From an uncultured archaeon (GTDB taxonomy: Archaea; Asgardarchaeota; Thorarchaeia; Thorarchaeales; Thorarchaeaceae): a stretch of 38,928 nt of DNA. The position numbers were made by a program, and so were the translations under genes. Within the stretch, counting starts at the first letter, position 1, and the number at the start of each line of letters is the position of its first letter. Below, piece after piece: positions 36,286 to 38,928 of the stretch. The stretch covers positions 911 to 39,838 of the forward strand of contig CAZPWM010000022.1 of the NCBI GenBank assembly GCA_964590575.1. The letters run 5' to 3'. The notes under the pieces were generated by a model, which saw nothing but the letters and a program-made list of their open reading frames with translations, had not been told where the DNA came from and ran no database searches.

Positions 36286-36994
36286 TGGAATATCGGGTCT
36301 TGATAACACCTATACGCAGGGAATATGTCCAAAGCAACTCAGCACACACATGCCAAGCCATCATGACCTCCCTGTCTAATTCCAAATGTGTGTCAAACAG
36401 GGTGACAATCTCTTCTGATAGGTCTCCATGAGGATATGCTCCTATACCTGCAATCACAGGAATTGACTGATCGTTGGGAAGCATGGTTCTGAGAGTTTCG
36501 CTTGATGTTTTTTGTCCCCCCTCAATCGCTAAGAGTGTCAGCGCTTTGGTTGACCTAGTTTTCAATTTTAAAAGTAAATCCTCAAGCGACATCTCAACAA
36601 AATGTAGGAAAGAGTCACCCTGTGGGGGAACTCGGCCCATGAGAAGAAGTTGTTCCATCAATCCAACAAATCTATCATAGTTTCGAGGTAGTCTGACATC
36701 TGGTTGTATCTCAATCATTTGTCCATCCTGAAGATGTAAATGCACGCTGAGAAGACCTTCCTTGCAGAGAGGTGTTTCTAATATTGACATCAGACTGAGA
36801 TAGGTTATGTCTGGTCGCCCGCGACGTTCACTGTCAGAAAGTTTGGTCATCGATTGACCATGGTAGGTCTGATCTAGGAGTAACTCGTTAGGTTTTTTTC
36901 CACGACGAGCCGCATGTTTCTGAATCTGCTTAAGACTAGTTAGTTCTCGAGGCATTAATTCAAGTGCACAATCAAGGAGAATGATATGTAACAT
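36278..36994 (-). CDS. nep1: rRNA small subunit pseudouridine methyltransferase Nep1/Emg1
   Basis: RGRPDI, RLPRNYDRFVGLMEQLL, IGAYPHG. Confidence 0.93.
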   Translation of the reverse strand: MLHIILLDCALELMPRELTSLKQIQKHAARRGKKPNELLLDQTYHGQSMTKLSDSERRGRPDITYLSLMSILETPLCKEGLLSVHLHLQDGQMIEIQPDVRLPRNYDRFVGLMEQLLLMGRVPPQGDSFLHFVEMSLEDLLLKLKTRSTKALTLLAIEGGQKTSSETLRTMLPNDQSIPVIAGIGAYPHGDLSEEIVTLFDTHLELDREVMMAWHVCAELLWTYSLRIGVIKTRYSTT

Positions 36995-37073
36995 TGAAGG
37001 ACTCCACTTGAAATGTTCATCACGAACGATTTAAGCAGTTTGACCTATGATTTGAAGGGACGGAAGCCTGTTT

Positions 37074-37397
37074 ATGAGTCGAAGAAGAGCCCCAAGGGTA
37101 AACGCAAAGCACCTTACCCAAGCAAGGGTGGATATTCTATGGGAACAGGCTCAAAAAGATGTAAGATCAGGGAAACCAGATATTGCTCGAAGAAAGATGC
37201 TTAGTGCGCGAAAAATAGCGCAAAAGACACGAACCAAGATGCCGCTTCATATCAGCAGGAGAATATGTAAGACGTGTGGAACAATTCTAGTACCCGGAAA
37301 CACGTGCAGAGTGAGGATTAGACACAACAGGTCGAAACATATCGCTGTGACCTGTCTTAGTTGTGGAACAGTAAAAAGATACTATATCCATTGTTAA
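37074..37397 (+). CDS. rnp4: Ribonuclease P protein component 4 (Rpp21)
   Basis: RRICKTCGTILVPG..CRVRI...TCLSCG.VKRY, plus gene context. Confidence 0.92.
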   Translation: MSRRRAPRVNAKHLTQARVDILWEQAQKDVRSGKPDIARRKMLSARKIAQKTRTKMPLHISRRICKTCGTILVPGNTCRVRIRHNRSKHIAVTCLSCGTVKRYYIHC

Positions 37398-37448
37398 GGT
37401 CAAACGCATAGGTTAATCAATAACTCCGAAGCAGCAAAACTGATTTTC

Positions 37449-37730
37449 ATGAAAACAGGTGGGGACCCAATCAGGATACAGACCACATGGCAAGAACCGG
37501 CAATGATGCAAGTTGGCAAAGCCGGAATCACAGATAGTGTTGTCGAGGAGGCTAAGAGACTTCTCAAGAAGCACCACTACATCAAGGTCCGATTACTACG
37601 GAGTGCAATCGGAGAAAGCAGCAAGCTTGACATCATAAACATGCTTTGTGAGCGGTCGGGAGCTGCTTTTGCTGGAGTCCGAGGGAACACCGCTGTGATA
37701 TATAGGACTAGAGGCTCAAGAAGTGCTTGA
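37449..37730 (+). CDS. YhbY/CRM-domain RNA-binding protein
   Basis: QVGKAGI...IKVRLL...RGNTAVIYR. Confidence 0.88.
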   Translation: MKTGGDPIRIQTTWQEPAMMQVGKAGITDSVVEEAKRLLKKHHYIKVRLLRSAIGESSKLDIINMLCERSGAAFAGVRGNTAVIYRTRGSRSA

Positions 37731-37863
37731 CGAACCTTAGTTTGCGGAAACACAACGACAACCTTTTATGCGGACTCTAGACGGTGACTCCAGCCTTTTG
37801 AGGTAGGTCATCAGCCGAACTTGGATGAGGTGACCTGTTCTCAATGAGATTGGTGACTGACAA

Positions 37864-38316
37864 ATGCCCACAGTCTATGATATTCCCGCAAATATTCTCA
37901 TACGACGACTCGCTCAGGACTTGAAGTCTAGAGAGGAGATTACTGCTCCAGATTGGATGCTGTTTGTGAAAAGCGGTTCCCATAAGGAGCGAGCACCTGA
38001 GGACCCAGATTTCTGGTATGTCAGATGTGCAAGCATTCTCCGTAAGGTGTATCTGAATGGACCAATTGGTACTGAGAAGTTACGTATCGATTATGGAGGC
38101 AGGAAGAGACGGGGAGTAAAGCCAAACAAGTTCCAGAAAGGCGGTGGATCTATTGTGAGAACCGCTCTCCAACAGCTCGAACGAGCTGGTTTCGTAAAGA
38201 AACAGGGAACTAAGGGTCGGGAAATGACCGACATTGGTAGGTCCTACATGGACAAACTGTCATCAGCTCTGAAGCAAGAACTCTCACAGGCGATTCCAGA
38301 ACTGGAGAAGTACTAA
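37864..38316 (+). CDS. rps19e: 30S ribosomal protein S19e
   Basis: TVYDIPA, VKSGSHKERAP, WYVRCASILRKVY, YGGRKRRG. Confidence 0.97.
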   Translation: MPTVYDIPANILIRRLAQDLKSREEITAPDWMLFVKSGSHKERAPEDPDFWYVRCASILRKVYLNGPIGTEKLRIDYGGRKRRGVKPNKFQKGGGSIVRTALQQLERAGFVKKQGTKGREMTDIGRSYMDKLSSALKQELSQAIPELEKY

Positions 38317-38334
38317 GCCAGGTGACAATGCACG

Positions 38335-38664
38335 ATGAGTGATGATGAGCTCGAAGCAATCCGTCAAAGAAAAGAGGCGCAACTTCGAGATCAGGCACTT
38401 AGGGAACAGGCCAATGAACAGCAAATGGCTGAAGCCCAAGCACAGAAAGAGGCTCTGTTAAGACAGATTCTCACTCCTGAGGCACGTGCTCGTCTCACAA
38501 ATGTCAGATTGGTAAAACCTCAGTTCGCTGAGCAGATCGAGATGCAACTCATCCAACTGGCAAGCTCAGGAAGACTTAGAGCACAGGTGACTGATGAACA
38601 ACTGAAAGGACTTCTGCAACAACTCCAGGGAAAGGAACGGGAACGGAAAATATCGTTCAGATAA
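38335..38664 (+). CDS. PDCD5-like DNA-binding protein
   Basis: ELEAIRQRK...[21 protein letters not shown]. Confidence 0.93.
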   Translation: MSDDELEAIRQRKEAQLRDQALREQANEQQMAEAQAQKEALLRQILTPEARARLTNVRLVKPQFAEQIEMQLIQLASSGRLRAQVTDEQLKGLLQQLQGKERERKISFR

Positions 38665-38686
38665 ATGGCTGCAAATGGTGATCATA

Positions 38687-38842
38687 ATGGCACGGAACAA
38701 ACCACTAGCAAAGAAGCTGAGGATGGCAAAAGCAATGAGAAGTAACTCCTCGGTACCTACATGGGTCGTTGTCAAGACCGGAGGTAAATTGAGAAGAACA
38801 CCAGCGCAGCGAAATTGGCGTCAGACCAAGTTAAAGCCATAG
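38687..38842 (+). CDS. rpl39e: 50S ribosomal protein L39e
   Basis: Below the ORF-track cutoff: [51 protein letters not shown]. Confidence 0.95.
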   Translation: MARNKPLAKKLRMAKAMRSNSSVPTWVVVKTGGKLRRTPAQRNWRQTKLKP

Positions 38843-38856
38843 TCAGGTGGGCATAG

Positions 38857-38928
38857 ATGTCTAAGAAGAAGAAAGAAGCAAAAACCAAGGTCTCTGAAGA
38901 GGAGCCTGAAATCGAGGAGATTGAAGAA
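38857..38928 (+). CDS. Partial CDS, probably L31e with a charged N-terminal extension
   Basis: MSKKKKEAKTKVSEEEPEIEEIEE... Identity rests on the conserved rpl39e-rpl31e order only. Confidence 0.45.
   Translation, partial: MSKKKKEAKTKVSEEEPEIEEIEE

Overview
Archaeal chromosomal window, most likely an Asgard archaeon (Thorarchaeia-like). This is an inference from archaeal rps19e/rpl39e/rnp4/nep1, a eukaryote-type topoisomerase IB, a longin-like protein and BHB tRNA introns. The backbone is ordinary: AOR-ferredoxin, corrinoid protein, peroxiredoxin, FTR1, PadR pair, dUTPase, amidohydrolases, PyrE-like, TopIB and the nep1/rnp4-yhbY-rps19e-PDCD5-rpl39e cluster. There are four intact tRNA genes: Phe-GAA, Val-GAC, Gly-GCC and Gly-TCC. 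Three have BHB introns, several at non-canonical positions. The main discovery is that two tRNA loci are 'nested'. At each, an older intron-containing tRNA gene is split into a 5' part (just downstream of the TATA box) and a 3' part. The split is caused by a 3.3-3.7 kb insert carrying (i) an intact replacement tRNA gene of the same amino-acid family and (ii) one member of a family of ~1000-aa acidic proteins. These proteins have a shared N-terminal chassis but different C-terminal nuclease-like modules (5xHTH + 2xHNH versus LAGLIDADG-like). The Gly locus continues as a polar array of single-gene cassettes, each bounded by a tRNA-Gly 3' end, with no integrase in the window. All structure and domain calls were made by eye; no database searches were run.
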